Assembly (NCBI GenBank): GCA_039028615.1 | Contig: JBCCHT010000021.1 | Location: forward strand, 128,001-192,000 | DNA length: 64,000 nucleotides | DNA from: Myxococcota bacterium | Lineage (GTDB): Bacteria; Myxococcota_A; Polyangia; Nannocystales; Nannocystaceae | Direction: 5' to 3' | Shown: positions 38,021-47,703 of the stretch, piece by piece | How the letters are laid out: every line of letters begins with the position of its first letter | How positions within the stretch are numbered: position 1 is the stretch's first letter | The notes under the pieces: model-generated | Told to the model about the DNA's origin: nothing | The model's input: only the letters and a program-made list of their open reading frames with translations | Databases searched by the model: none | Translations under genes and position numbers: made by a program

Positions 38021-40996
38021 CTACCGAGGCTCCGAGTGTTTTTGCCGTTCGTCCACGGCGTCGGCCTGGGCTCGGCACTCGAGCGCTTCTTCGAGCAGCC
38101 GCTCGTGCTCCAGCGTCGTGGCCAGCTCGATGGCCTGGCCCACCAGATCGAGCCCCCGGGCCACGTCGTGCCCCGATCGGATCAGCACGCAGCCGAGTCG
38201 AGAGGTCAGCTCGGCCTTCTTGCGCTCGGTTCCGCCGCTCTCGAGCATGATCGCGTAGGCGCGCTCGAAGGTGGCGACCGCCTCGGAGTCCCGCGACACG
38301 TCGAGCAGGGCGTCGCCGAGGTTGCCGAGCACGATGAGCAGACCGGGGTGAGACGGACCCCAGGCTTTTTCGCGGATCTCGAGCGAGCGCTGGAACCAGG
38401 CCAGCGCGGCGTCGGAATCGCCCATGCGTCGTTTGGTGGCGCCGAGACTGTTGGCGCTACGGGCCACCATCGGGTGATCGGGCCCGTGGACCTCGATGCG
38501 CAGTGCCATGGCGCGTTGGTGGTGATCGAAGGCGGCCTGGAAGTCCTCGCGCTTGAGGGCCTGGTTGCCCAGCGTGCTCGCGATGAGGGCCTTTTCGAGG
38601 GGGTTGATCTCGGGCAGGCGATCGGCGAGGTCGGCGGCTCGCCGGATGTAGTCGTCGGCGCCGTCGAGCTCGTTCATGGCCCCCAGGGCGTTGCCGAGGT
38701 TGCGGTAGTGGGCGAGCATCGCGGGGTGGTCGGGGCTGAGGTGGCGCTCACCGACCCGAATCGCGCTCTCGAAATGCGTGCGTGCGCGCTTCAGCTCGCC
38801 GAGCTGCGCGTAGACCGAGCCGAGGCTCGAGTAGACGCCGAGCATCTGGAAATCGTCGGGGCCATAGGCCCGAAGCGCAGCGGCGTGGGCTCGCCCCACG
38901 ACGTCGATCGCCTCGGGTTTCATGCGCCACTGCACGAGGATCCACGCCCTACGACCCAACAAGGTGGACTGCATGACGGGCGTGGAGCCGAGCTGCTCGT
39001 CGGTGGCTTCGGCCAGGTCGGCCCAGGGCAAGCCCTCCTCGGGGCGCGCGAGGCTGCTGCCCAGGACCAGCGAGATTCGAGAAGCGGCGTCGCGAACCTG
39101 GGGGTCCATGCCCAGCGCCTGCGCACGATTGAGGGCCTGGCGGAGGGTCTCGAGTCCGGGCTCGAGCTTGCCCGCGTCGACGCGGGCGGCACCCAGCGCG
39201 AGCAGGTACTCGGCTTCGAGGGGAGGGTGGCCGATGGACTCGACGACCTCGGCGAGAGGCTCCAGGATGGCGAGCGCCTTTTCGTGGAGCAGCAGTCGCT
39301 TATCGGCGGTGGCACGCTCGAGCTGGGCCTGCACATCCGAGACCGCCCGCTGCGTCTCGGCATCCGGGGGCTCGGGGGCGTTGCGCTCGAGCGCGGTCCG
39401 GTCGGCGCACGCGTCGACCGACGGGAGCTTCTCGACCGAGGCCAAGGCGTTCTTGACCACTTCGGGCTCGGCGGCGCTCAGCAGCTCGACCGAAGCATCG
39501 AGTCCGACGAGGCGGCGGTCGAGGCAGGCCATGCGCTTGTCGAGCAGGGCACCCGTCTGCTCGTGGCGCACATGGGTCGCCTCGCAGGCGTCGCGATGGG
39601 CGGCGGTCCACCGCTCGGCGTAGCGCTCCAAGGCGTCGCGCGTGCCTTCGGCGATGTGGGCGGCGTAGGGCAGGCTCTCGACGTCGAGGGCGCTCTGCAC
39701 GGCCTCGGCTCGCTCGGGATTCCACACCTCCAGCATGCGAGTGCGGCCGCCGTTACACACGTCGGGGGCGGGCGCGGTGGTGGGGTTGAGGAGCAGGTAC
39801 CCCGCGGTGGCGAGCCCCGCGAGCGAGACGGTGCCGGCCAAGCCCCAGCGCAGTCGAGCGTTGCGCCGTCGGTCGCGGTCGTCGAGCATCGCCTCGACCA
39901 GCTCCGTCATCGACTCGAAGCGCTCCGCCGGGTCTCGCCGGAGGCCGCGGAGCACGACGCGATGCAGCCACGTGGGGACGGTGGTGCCCGTAGGGGGCGG
40001 GCGCAGCTTCTGCGCCATGACGTGATAGGCGATGCTCCGCGCCGAGGTCCCCTGGAAGGGCCGATAGCCGTATAGGGCCTCGAAGAGCGTCACGCAGAAG
40101 CTGAACTGATCGCTGCGCGCGTCGGGAGCTTCGTCGCGGTACTGCTCCGGGGCCATGTAGGCCGGGGTCCCCAGGACGGTGCCGGTCTGCGTGAGATCCA
40201 CCGACAGCGCAGAGTTCTCGAGGTCGATACCGGGGCCGTCGTCCGAGTCGATGGAATCGTCGAGCTTGGCGGCCCGGGCCAGGCCGAAGTCGAGCACCTT
40301 CACCACGCCGTCGTCGGTGAGCATCATGTTGGCAGGCTTGAGGTCGCGATGGACGAGCCCGGCCGCGTGGGCCGACGCCAGGCCGCGGCCCGCCTGCGCG
40401 AGGACCTCGACGACCTCGGTCCACGCCGGCTTGCTTCGGATCCACTGGGCGAGGTTCTGGCCGCGGATGAACTCCATGGCCACGAAGATCTTGCCGTCGG
40501 CCTCCCCGACCTCGTGCACGGTGACGACGTTGGGGTGCGACAGGCGGGCCATGGCCTGCGCCTCGCGCTGGAGACGGCGCTGGGCGGTGTAGCCATCGCG
40601 TCGGTGGGTGTGGATGACCTTGACGGCGACCTTGCGATCGAGCTGCTCGTCGTAAGCGGCATAGACCGAGCCCATGCCCCCTCGTCCGATCTCCTCGAGC
40701 ACGGCGAAGCGGCCAATGATCGAGGGAAGCGGCTCGTAGTCCTCGACGCCCTGGCCGGGGAATTGCGTCAGCGGCTCCTGATCCGAGTCTTCGAGGCGTG
40801 CTTCGGGGTGTTGTCGCGGGACCGTGTCGTCGTTGGCGAAGCGAGGCGCGCCGTACTGCATGGTGACGTCGCGTCCCGGGTCGCCCTCCTCGTGCTGCCG
40901 TTTCAGCGGTGGCGCGCCCACGCCTTGGTCGGTGCGATGCTCCGACTCGGAAGGCTCGGGCGCACCGTCACCGAGGGTATCTTCGTCGGAGGCCAT
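38021..40996 (-). CDS. Ser/Thr protein kinase with transmembrane segment and TPR repeats
   Basis: IGRGGMGSV, VAVK, HRDLKPAN, DFGLA, GTPAYMAPE; TPR C-terminus; ATG 40996. Confidence 0.95.
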   Translation of the reverse strand: MASDEDTLGDGAPEPSESEHRTDQGVGAPPLKRQHEEGDPGRDVTMQYGAPRFANDDTVPRQHPEARLEDSDQEPLTQFPGQGVEDYEPLPSIIGRFAVLEEIGRGGMGSVYAAYDEQLDRKVAVKVIHTHRRDGYTAQRRLQREAQAMARLSHPNVVTVHEVGEADGKIFVAMEFIRGQNLAQWIRSKPAWTEVVEVLAQAGRGLASAHAAGLVHRDLKPANMMLTDDGVVKVLDFGLARAAKLDDSIDSDDGPGIDLENSALSVDLTQTGTVLGTPAYMAPEQYRDEAPDARSDQFSFCVTLFEALYGYRPFQGTSARSIAYHVMAQKLRPPPTGTTVPTWLHRVVLRGLRRDPAERFESMTELVEAMLDDRDRRRNARLRWGLAGTVSLAGLATAGYLLLNPTTAPAPDVCNGGRTRMLEVWNPERAEAVQSALDVESLPYAAHIAEGTRDALERYAERWTAAHRDACEATHVRHEQTGALLDKRMACLDRRLVGLDASVELLSAAEPEVVKNALASVEKLPSVDACADRTALERNAPEPPDAETQRAVSDVQAQLERATADKRLLLHEKALAILEPLAEVVESIGHPPLEAEYLLALGAARVDAGKLEPGLETLRQALNRAQALGMDPQVRDAASRISLVLGSSLARPEEGLPWADLAEATDEQLGSTPVMQSTLLGRRAWILVQWRMKPEAIDVVGRAHAAALRAYGPDDFQMLGVYSSLGSVYAQLGELKRARTHFESAIRVGERHLSPDHPAMLAHYRNLGNALGAMNELDGADDYIRRAADLADRLPEINPLEKALIASTLGNQALKREDFQAAFDHHQRAMALRIEVHGPDHPMVARSANSLGATKRRMGDSDAALAWFQRSLEIREKAWGPSHPGLLIVLGNLGDALLDVSRDSEAVATFERAYAIMLESGGTERKKAELTSRLGCVLIRSGHDVARGLDLVGQAIELATTLEHERLLEEALECRAQADAVDERQKHSEPR

Positions 40997-41108
40997 GCGC
41001 GCGCCCGCGATGGTATCCGACGCGATGCCCGGCGCGGCCAGCGGGCACCGGGCACCGGGCTTGGGCGCTGAAGGGCGACCGCGGGGGGCAATTGCGCGCG
41101 TGGGCGCC

Positions 41109-42497
41109 TCAGTCCTCGGGGTATGAGGTCCAGCCGGCAGTCCAGGGCTCGGTGCCCGGGGCGAAGGCGCCGGCGTAGCGCGCTCGTTCGTCGAAGCCGT
41201 CGAACAAGGCCGTCGGAGGATCGATGCTGGCTTCGACGACCGCATTGCCCTGGGGAACCCAACCCGGGCTCGCCAGGTTGAAGGGGGAGGTCAGCGAAGG
41301 GTTGACGCCCAGCGTGAGGCCGGACAGGCCACGGAAATGAGCGTCTTCGTCGAAGCCTTCGTCATCGTCGGCGTCGGCGTCGAACTCCTCGGTGGGAAGC
41401 GGGAACCAGTGGTCACCACCGGACCCGACCGCGAACATCAGCGCTCCATCGATCGTCAGCTGGCCGTCTTCGAGGCGAGCCACCGTCTCGGCGTCTTGGA
41501 TGTCGATCGCTTCGATGGGGTGACCGGTGACGAGCACGTTGTTGAGCGAGCCGCCGGTTCCGTCCTTGAGGGTCATGGCGCGCTGGCTGCCCTGGCCGCC
41601 GGAGCCGAGCAGGGTCACGTTCCACAGCTCGGGCATCGCGATCGGCATGGCTCCCGGCTCTCCGCTGCTCGCCTCGAACCCGTTGTCGCCATCGAGGTCC
41701 TGCTGAATGGCGACGAACTGAGCGGAGCCGCTCCAGCCGAGGTCCCAGTCCATCGAGTCGTCTTGGGCCCGGGTGATGACCACGTGTCGGAGGTCGACGG
41801 TTCCGCCGAACAGCTCCACGCCATCGTCGAGGCCGAAGTGCACCTGCACGTGGTCGACGAGCGTGCCCGTGCCGCAACCGCCGAGCGTGAGGCCGTTGAG
41901 TTCGTTGTCCTGCTCGAGCGGGAACCCGGCGAACTCGATGCGGGTGTACTCGATGACGCCGCAGGAGTGCGTGGGGTCGTTGCCGCCGAATCCGGCTCGG
42001 CTGGCGTCGCCCACCCCTTCGAGGGCCGAGCCGGGTGCGTTGATCGGGGCCGAGCCCAGCAGGGCCACGCCGCCCCAGTCGCCCGGGCTGCGCTCGCCGA
42101 CCGGACGGGCACTGGTAAACACCACTGGCTCGGTCTCCGTGCCTCGTGAGCGCAGCTGGGCTCCCGACTGGGCCACCAGCGCCGAGCCTTCCTCACCCAG
42201 GATGCGCGTACCCGAGCGAATGGTCAGCGTGGCGCCGGGCTCGACGTAGATGGTCTTCTCCAGGCGATAGGTCTGGTCCGAAGCCCACACGGTGTCTTCG
42301 GTGATGTTCTCGGCAATGTCGACGATTGCATCCTCGGCGGAGGTGCAAATCTGGGCAATGCACAGGTGCCCCGGATCGAGACAATGAGCGTCGACCGTAC
42401 ACTCTGCGAAATCGAGCATCGTCGTACATGCACTGTTGTTGAGCATGATTGCGATCGATGGGGGAACCAGGAAGGAGGGGGTCATCCGCGTTCGCAT
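41109..42497 (-). CDS. Secreted or lipoprotein with right-handed beta-helix-like repeats
   Basis: GATLTI..GT.I, PVVFTS...GDWGG, YTRIEFAG, DDGVELFGG, DDSMDWD motifs; start uncertain (42497 or 42569). Confidence 0.8.
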   Translation of the reverse strand: MRTRMTPSFLVPPSIAIMLNNSACTTMLDFAECTVDAHCLDPGHLCIAQICTSAEDAIVDIAENITEDTVWASDQTYRLEKTIYVEPGATLTIRSGTRILGEEGSALVAQSGAQLRSRGTETEPVVFTSARPVGERSPGDWGGVALLGSAPINAPGSALEGVGDASRAGFGGNDPTHSCGVIEYTRIEFAGFPLEQDNELNGLTLGGCGTGTLVDHVQVHFGLDDGVELFGGTVDLRHVVITRAQDDSMDWDLGWSGSAQFVAIQQDLDGDNGFEASSGEPGAMPIAMPELWNVTLLGSGGQGSQRAMTLKDGTGGSLNNVLVTGHPIEAIDIQDAETVARLEDGQLTIDGALMFAVGSGGDHWFPLPTEEFDADADDDEGFDEDAHFRGLSGLTLGVNPSLTSPFNLASPGWVPQGNAVVEASIDPPTALFDGFDERARYAGAFAPGTEPWTAGWTSYPED

Positions 42498-42694
42498 GAC
42501 GTTCGACAGGTTGCACGAACGAGTGTCGATGACTAGTCCAAGTGCATAGTCGTCGTCGTTTTGTGACATTCACGTGATGTGGCCAAGAGCGGGAGTGCGG
42601 GGTCGTTACCGTCCCGTTCCCGGAACTCCGTTGAATGTCGTTAGTCAGTGCGCTAGGGGAATGATCGTCGTTTGTTCGAAAGCAGGGACGAGTG

Positions 42695-44224
42695 ATGCGA
42701 GATCCCATCATCGAGACTCTCCGAGAAAACCCGGTGGCGTCGAGTCACGAGCTGGTGCGGCAGCTCAGGCCGGACGCGCTGGGGTCTCACGCGCTGGTCC
42801 GTAGGCGGGGAAGCGGCCGCTTGGCTACGCTGAGGGCTCAGATCGTGTCCGATCAGGCGTGGCGGGACCGGCAGCCTCACCTGGCCCGGCTCGCCGAGGT
42901 TCGTCACAAAAAGATCTCGAGCCTGCTCGAATTCGGCCGCTACGACGATATCGCCTATACGATTCACGACTATGTCGACGGCCGCCGGTTGGCGGAGATC
43001 CTCGCAGAGCGTGGTCAATTGTCGTTGTCTGAATTTGTGCCAATCGTGTCACAAATATCGATGGGAGTCGCTGATGCCCACCTTCGTGGACTCGTGGTGG
43101 GCGGTGTTCGGCCTGAGAACGTGACCCTCTTCGAGCACGACGGACGAGCTCTCGTCGTGAAACTGCGCGACTTCGGGCTCTCGGCGTTGCCGGGCACGGA
43201 TGTGGCGATCCGCGGGGTGACCGACGAACCCTCGGATTTCTGGGCTCCCGAGGCCGATCGTCTGGCCGACCCGAGCTCCGATGTCTTCGCGCTGGCCGCC
43301 CTGTGTGTACGAATGCTCGATGGTGCGCTTCCGACCTTCGACTCGGCGGCAGACCGTTCGGCCCTGCTGCGGGCCCGCCTCGAACCGTTGAAGCGGGTCA
43401 ACGCGAGCCTGCCCGACGCGTTCATCGAGCTGCTCCGTCGATCGCTCGACCCGGATCCGAGCCTGCGGCCGGCCGATGCCAACGCGCTGTTCGAAGAACT
43501 CATCGACGCAGTGCCGATGTCGGCGTTTCGCCTGCCGCGCGTCGGCCAGGATTCACCCCGAGACCTGTTTTCCAGCCCTCCCAGCGCCAGCATGAGCGCG
43601 ATGACGCTGCTGGCGGGACGCTGGGGCGACGAGCCGGAGGAGGAGCCTCCGTCACCGAGCCCGCGGCCCTTGTCTGCCCCGCTGCCGTCGCCCAGCCCTC
43701 GACCACGGCGGCGAGGGTGGATCGCAGCCGTCGCCGCGTTGGTGGTGGTGGCCACCGGAACGACGCTGGGGTTGGCGGCAGGCTCGTCGGCCCAGGAACG
43801 CGAGACGCAGTCGATGGAGCCCGCTCCGGTCGCGGTCGGTCACGCTCCGGTCGAGGTCCAACGGGCGCCCGAGCGCTCGGCACCTGCCGCGGTGCCCATC
43901 GTGGAGGCGCCGACGAGCGTGAGCCCTCCTCCCGTCGTCGAGCCGCCCCCGAGGGCCGAGCCCGCGGCTCAAAGCGTCGCGCTGCCCACCTCTGAAGTCG
44001 ATGCCCCCCAAGCCGAACCCAGGCTTCCATCGTCGACGCGACGACGAAGTCGCGACCGGCGGGTAGTCGAGCCATTGCCTCGAGACGAACAACCCGAAGC
44101 TCCGCGGGCGGTCCCCGCGAGGAGTCGCTCGGCTGCACTCCTCGGGCGAGACTCCGCTGGCGGCATCGAGCCGTCTGCGCCGGACGACGGGGACCCGCTG
44201 CTGTCTCGCAGTTCGCACAATTGA
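42695..44224 (+). CDS. Ser/Thr kinase-like pseudokinase with TM helix and Pro-rich tail
   Basis: Kinase fold retained (YVDG, DFGL, WAPE, SDVFAL), but HRD is replaced by GGV in VVGGVRPENV and no Gly-loop or VAVK is visible. Confidence 0.75.
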   Translation: MRDPIIETLRENPVASSHELVRQLRPDALGSHALVRRRGSGRLATLRAQIVSDQAWRDRQPHLARLAEVRHKKISSLLEFGRYDDIAYTIHDYVDGRRLAEILAERGQLSLSEFVPIVSQISMGVADAHLRGLVVGGVRPENVTLFEHDGRALVVKLRDFGLSALPGTDVAIRGVTDEPSDFWAPEADRLADPSSDVFALAALCVRMLDGALPTFDSAADRSALLRARLEPLKRVNASLPDAFIELLRRSLDPDPSLRPADANALFEELIDAVPMSAFRLPRVGQDSPRDLFSSPPSASMSAMTLLAGRWGDEPEEEPPSPSPRPLSAPLPSPSPRPRRRGWIAAVAALVVVATGTTLGLAAGSSAQERETQSMEPAPVAVGHAPVEVQRAPERSAPAAVPIVEAPTSVSPPPVVEPPPRAEPAAQSVALPTSEVDAPQAEPRLPSSTRRRSRDRRVVEPLPRDEQPEAPRAVPARSRSAALLGRDSAGGIEPSAPDDGDPLLSRSSHN

Positions 44225-44243
44225 ACACACCAACACTTCCGTC

Positions 44244-45101
44244 ATGCGTGCCCGTAATTGTCCCATTGTTTCTGGACTCGGTATTGGTTTGATCTTCGTG
44301 CTCGGTGTTGCCGATGTACGAGCGGCCGAGCCGGGTTCTTCTTCGTCTACACTCGAGGCCTCCCGCCGCGACGCGGTCGACGAGCGGATCGAGGCCGGAC
44401 GCTCCAAGTTTGACGCCGGCGACTACGTGGGAGCCGTGGCCGAGTTCGAGGCCGCGTACGAAATCGACCCCGATCCGAACTTTCTGTACAACATCGGTCG
44501 GACCTACGAAGAGGGGGGGCAGCTCGCGGCCGCGGCCGACTACTACCGCCGCTATGCTCGACAGCCCGGCATCTCCCTCGAGATGCGGCGCAAGACCAGC
44601 GAGCGCATCAAGGTGCTCGACGAGGTCTTGGCGCAGACCGAGCCGGAGCAAGCACCCGAGCCCGAACCGGTCGTCGAGAGCGCGCCCCCGAGCGTGGCCG
44701 AACCCGAGTACGAGCCACGACCACGTCCGGTGAGGTCGCTGGGCACGGATGACGGGCTCGAGCGAGCGGGCCGAGGGCTACGCATCGCCGGCTACTCGAT
44801 GCTCGCGGTCGGGGCCTCCACCCTCGCGGCCGGCGGAGTGCTGGGCGGGTTGGCCAGTCGAGATGCCTCGCAGCTCGAGACGACCGAAGAACCGCAGACT
44901 CGGATCGATCTCATCGAGCGTGGCCGAGCACGCAGCCTCGCGGCCGATGTGTCATTCATTGCCGGCGGCATCATTGCGACCACTGGCCTCGTCGTTGCGC
45001 TCGTGGGCGTCGGCCGTCGGAACCAAGGACGACGCCGAGCTTCGCTGGCGCCCGCCCTGGGCCGCCATGGCGCTTCGGCGAGCCTTCGCGTTCGGTTCTA
45101 G
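44244..45101 (+). CDS. TPR-containing exported/membrane protein (myxobacterial type)
   Basis: FDAGDYVGAVAEFEAAY...LYNIGRTYE; two C-terminal hydrophobic segments; ends ASLRVRF. Confidence 0.85.
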   Translation: MRARNCPIVSGLGIGLIFVLGVADVRAAEPGSSSSTLEASRRDAVDERIEAGRSKFDAGDYVGAVAEFEAAYEIDPDPNFLYNIGRTYEEGGQLAAAADYYRRYARQPGISLEMRRKTSERIKVLDEVLAQTEPEQAPEPEPVVESAPPSVAEPEYEPRPRPVRSLGTDDGLERAGRGLRIAGYSMLAVGASTLAAGGVLGGLASRDASQLETTEEPQTRIDLIERGRARSLAADVSFIAGGIIATTGLVVALVGVGRRNQGRRRASLAPALGRHGASASLRVRF

Positions 45102-45312
45102 CCGAGGCCGACACCGTCGGAGTTCGCCATGGGTTTTGTGATGCTCGTGCCTTCGGACGACACTCGTGACACATCGATGTGTAGAGCGTCGTTTTCATGG
45201 CTCCGAAATGGGCTCATGTTGTGGCGTCGTCGTGATGGGAGTGTGGCATCGCCTCCCTAGACTCCCGGCCGTTGCGCAGGACCGAACCCGCGCATTCGGG
45301 AGCAATCGACAC

Positions 45313-47604
45313 ATGAAAAACTCTGCCATTTTCCCGCTGCTGTCGCTGGCGCTCGCACTGCCCACGGCATGTGGCGACGATACGTCCGGGACCGGGGGAT
45401 CCAGCGATGACGGTGGCTCCACGGGCACCGGGAGCGTCGACGTCACGACGGACTCGCCGATGGGCACCACCTCCGACGAGGAGGCCACCAGCCAAGGATC
45501 GACCGACGACGGCGAAGAGACCACGGACACCACCGGGGAGCCCCCCGCCGCCCCCAGCGTTCCCGGGCTCATCAAAGAGCTGGTGGCGATGGAAGACGCC
45601 GGCACCGACGTCGAAGGGTTCCCCCTGGAGTACGTGGCCGGTAACGTAGACGTTCGCGTCATCCCGCAGCTGGAGTCGCGCACCCTGACCTCGTTCCTCG
45701 AGCCGCTCAGCGACGAGACGGGCCCCGAAGGACCGGTCTGGGGCTCGAACAACGACTTCATCGCCTATCTCGGCGACGGCTGGGAAGAAGACGGGAGCCC
45801 GTATTTTTCCGGCTCGGGTGAAGCCGGCTGGATGTGGACCAACTTCGAGTACATCAGCAATGGTCGGCCCTCCGAGGGCGCAGCACCCGTCGGGGTGGCG
45901 CTGCAGCTGGCCACCTGGTTGCTGAACCAAGGTGTGCCCGAGTTCCAGTTCGGCGTCGACGATTCCGCCGAGTGGACCGCTGAGCGCGTCGACGCCTACA
46001 TCACCTGGCACAAGCGCATGGTCGGCGGAGCGCTGTACCGGGTCGAGCGTGGCGCGGACGGCTGGGCGATCGATACCTCGGCCGACAACGTTCGCTTCGA
46101 CGCTTCCAGCGACACCTTGTTCCGCATCACGGGTCCGATCTCCATCGAGCCCGCGCTCGACGACGAGGGGAATGAGCTCCCCGCCAACGTCGTGCCCGGC
46201 ACCTCGAGCAACTGCTCGGGCGGCGTGACGCCCTGGGGCACCTTCGTCAGCGCGGAAGAGAACACGCAGTTCGGCTACGGCGACCTGGAGGCGTGCTGGA
46301 CCAGCTCGAACGTGTTCGTGCCCGGTGGCCCCTGCGACGACGGCTCGGCCATCGAGTGGGACACCACCCCGAACCCGAACAGCGACTTCACTCGGGGCAC
46401 GGCCACCAACACGCGGCCGAACTACTACGGCTATCTGGTCGAGATCGATCCCAGCGCTCCGTCCGATCGGGCCTATGACGCCGCGACGGGCGAGGGACAC
46501 CAGAAGCTCGGCTCGATGGGCCGCGCGCGCTGGGAGAACGTGACCTTCCACGTCGGCCCCGACTGGGCGCTCGTCCCCGACCAGCCCATCGTGTTCTACA
46601 GCGGCAACGATCGCCGCGGCGGTCGTATCTACAAGTGGGTCTCGAACGGTAACTACACCGAGGGGATGACTCGAGCGGAGATCCGCAACTTGCTCGCGGA
46701 CGGCTCGACCTACGTCGCGCACTTCGAGGACCTCGACAACTCCGACGACGATGCGGGGGCCGAAGGCGGCCTGACGGTGGGCGGAAGCCTGCCCACCGCC
46801 GCGACCCCGGGCCAGGGGCGCTGGATTCGGCTGTCGGTGGACAACCAAGAGGACCTGGCACCCAACGCGGCCGCGCTCGGCCCCGCCACGACGGTGGGTG
46901 AGGCCCTCGGCGACAACGACTGGAACGAGCTCGGCGGCTTCGCCAACGACGAGACCGTCTTGATGGGCCTGTTCACGGCAGCGACCAAGATCGGCGTTCG
47001 CGAGCTCAATCGCCCGGAGGACCTCGAGTTCAACCCCGTCGACGGTAACGTCTGGATCGCGTTCACCAACCACGGGCGGGCCAACGCGCTGCGCGACGAC
47101 GGCACGCTCAACCTGGACGATCCGGAGACCAAAGCGGACGAGCACGACGACTTCGTGCGAGGTGATCGCGACGGTGCGATCTTCGTGCTGACCGAGGCGG
47201 ACTCTGGCAACCCCGGGGACTCGGATACCTTCACCTTCTACGCCGCGTGGCGGGGCTCCGCCGAGGGGACCACCTTCACCGCGACCGACCCCGACAACCT
47301 AGCCATCGATAGCGAGGGGGGGATCTGGTTCGGTACGGATGGCAACTTCTCCGAACAGACCCAAGACGCGATTTACTACCTACAGGTCGCCGAGGAACCG
47401 ACCGAGAGCAGGGCCTGGCGCGTGGCCAGTGTGCCCTCCGACGCAGAGGCGACGGGTCCCAGCTTTTCCTCGGACGAGCACTCGCTGTTCTTCAATGTGC
47501 AGCACCCCCACGAAGACCTCGATGATTCGCCCGATACGGACTTCGAGGCCTTCGGCGAGCTCGGGCCGCGATCGGGTCAGGTGGTCCTGACCCCCGTGCC
47601 GTAG
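45313..47604 (+). CDS. phoX: PhoX-family alkaline phosphatase (DUF839), lipoprotein
   Basis: NCSGGVTPWGTFVSAEEN, GRARWEN, RPEDLE, PDNL, EATGPSF, FNVQHP; lipobox PTA-C. Confidence 0.92.
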   Translation: MKNSAIFPLLSLALALPTACGDDTSGTGGSSDDGGSTGTGSVDVTTDSPMGTTSDEEATSQGSTDDGEETTDTTGEPPAAPSVPGLIKELVAMEDAGTDVEGFPLEYVAGNVDVRVIPQLESRTLTSFLEPLSDETGPEGPVWGSNNDFIAYLGDGWEEDGSPYFSGSGEAGWMWTNFEYISNGRPSEGAAPVGVALQLATWLLNQGVPEFQFGVDDSAEWTAERVDAYITWHKRMVGGALYRVERGADGWAIDTSADNVRFDASSDTLFRITGPISIEPALDDEGNELPANVVPGTSSNCSGGVTPWGTFVSAEENTQFGYGDLEACWTSSNVFVPGGPCDDGSAIEWDTTPNPNSDFTRGTATNTRPNYYGYLVEIDPSAPSDRAYDAATGEGHQKLGSMGRARWENVTFHVGPDWALVPDQPIVFYSGNDRRGGRIYKWVSNGNYTEGMTRAEIRNLLADGSTYVAHFEDLDNSDDDAGAEGGLTVGGSLPTAATPGQGRWIRLSVDNQEDLAPNAAALGPATTVGEALGDNDWNELGGFANDETVLMGLFTAATKIGVRELNRPEDLEFNPVDGNVWIAFTNHGRANALRDDGTLNLDDPETKADEHDDFVRGDRDGAIFVLTEADSGNPGDSDTFTFYAAWRGSAEGTTFTATDPDNLAIDSEGGIWFGTDGNFSEQTQDAIYYLQVAEEPTESRAWRVASVPSDAEATGPSFSSDEHSLFFNVQHPHEDLDDSPDTDFEAFGELGPRSGQVVLTPVP

Positions 47605-47628
47605 ACAACCCCCGCCGACGACACGGTT

Positions 47629-47665
47629 GGACGGGGGCGGCGCCACTCGGCGTCGCCCCTCGTCC
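47629..47665 (+). terminator. Terminator-like hairpin after phoX
   Basis: GGACGGGGGCGGCGCC-ACTC-GGCGTCGCCCCTCGTCC followed by T-rich sequence. Confidence 0.5.
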
Positions 47666-47703
47666 GCAATTTTCGAATTCGTTTTTCAGTGGTTGCGGAG
47701 CTA

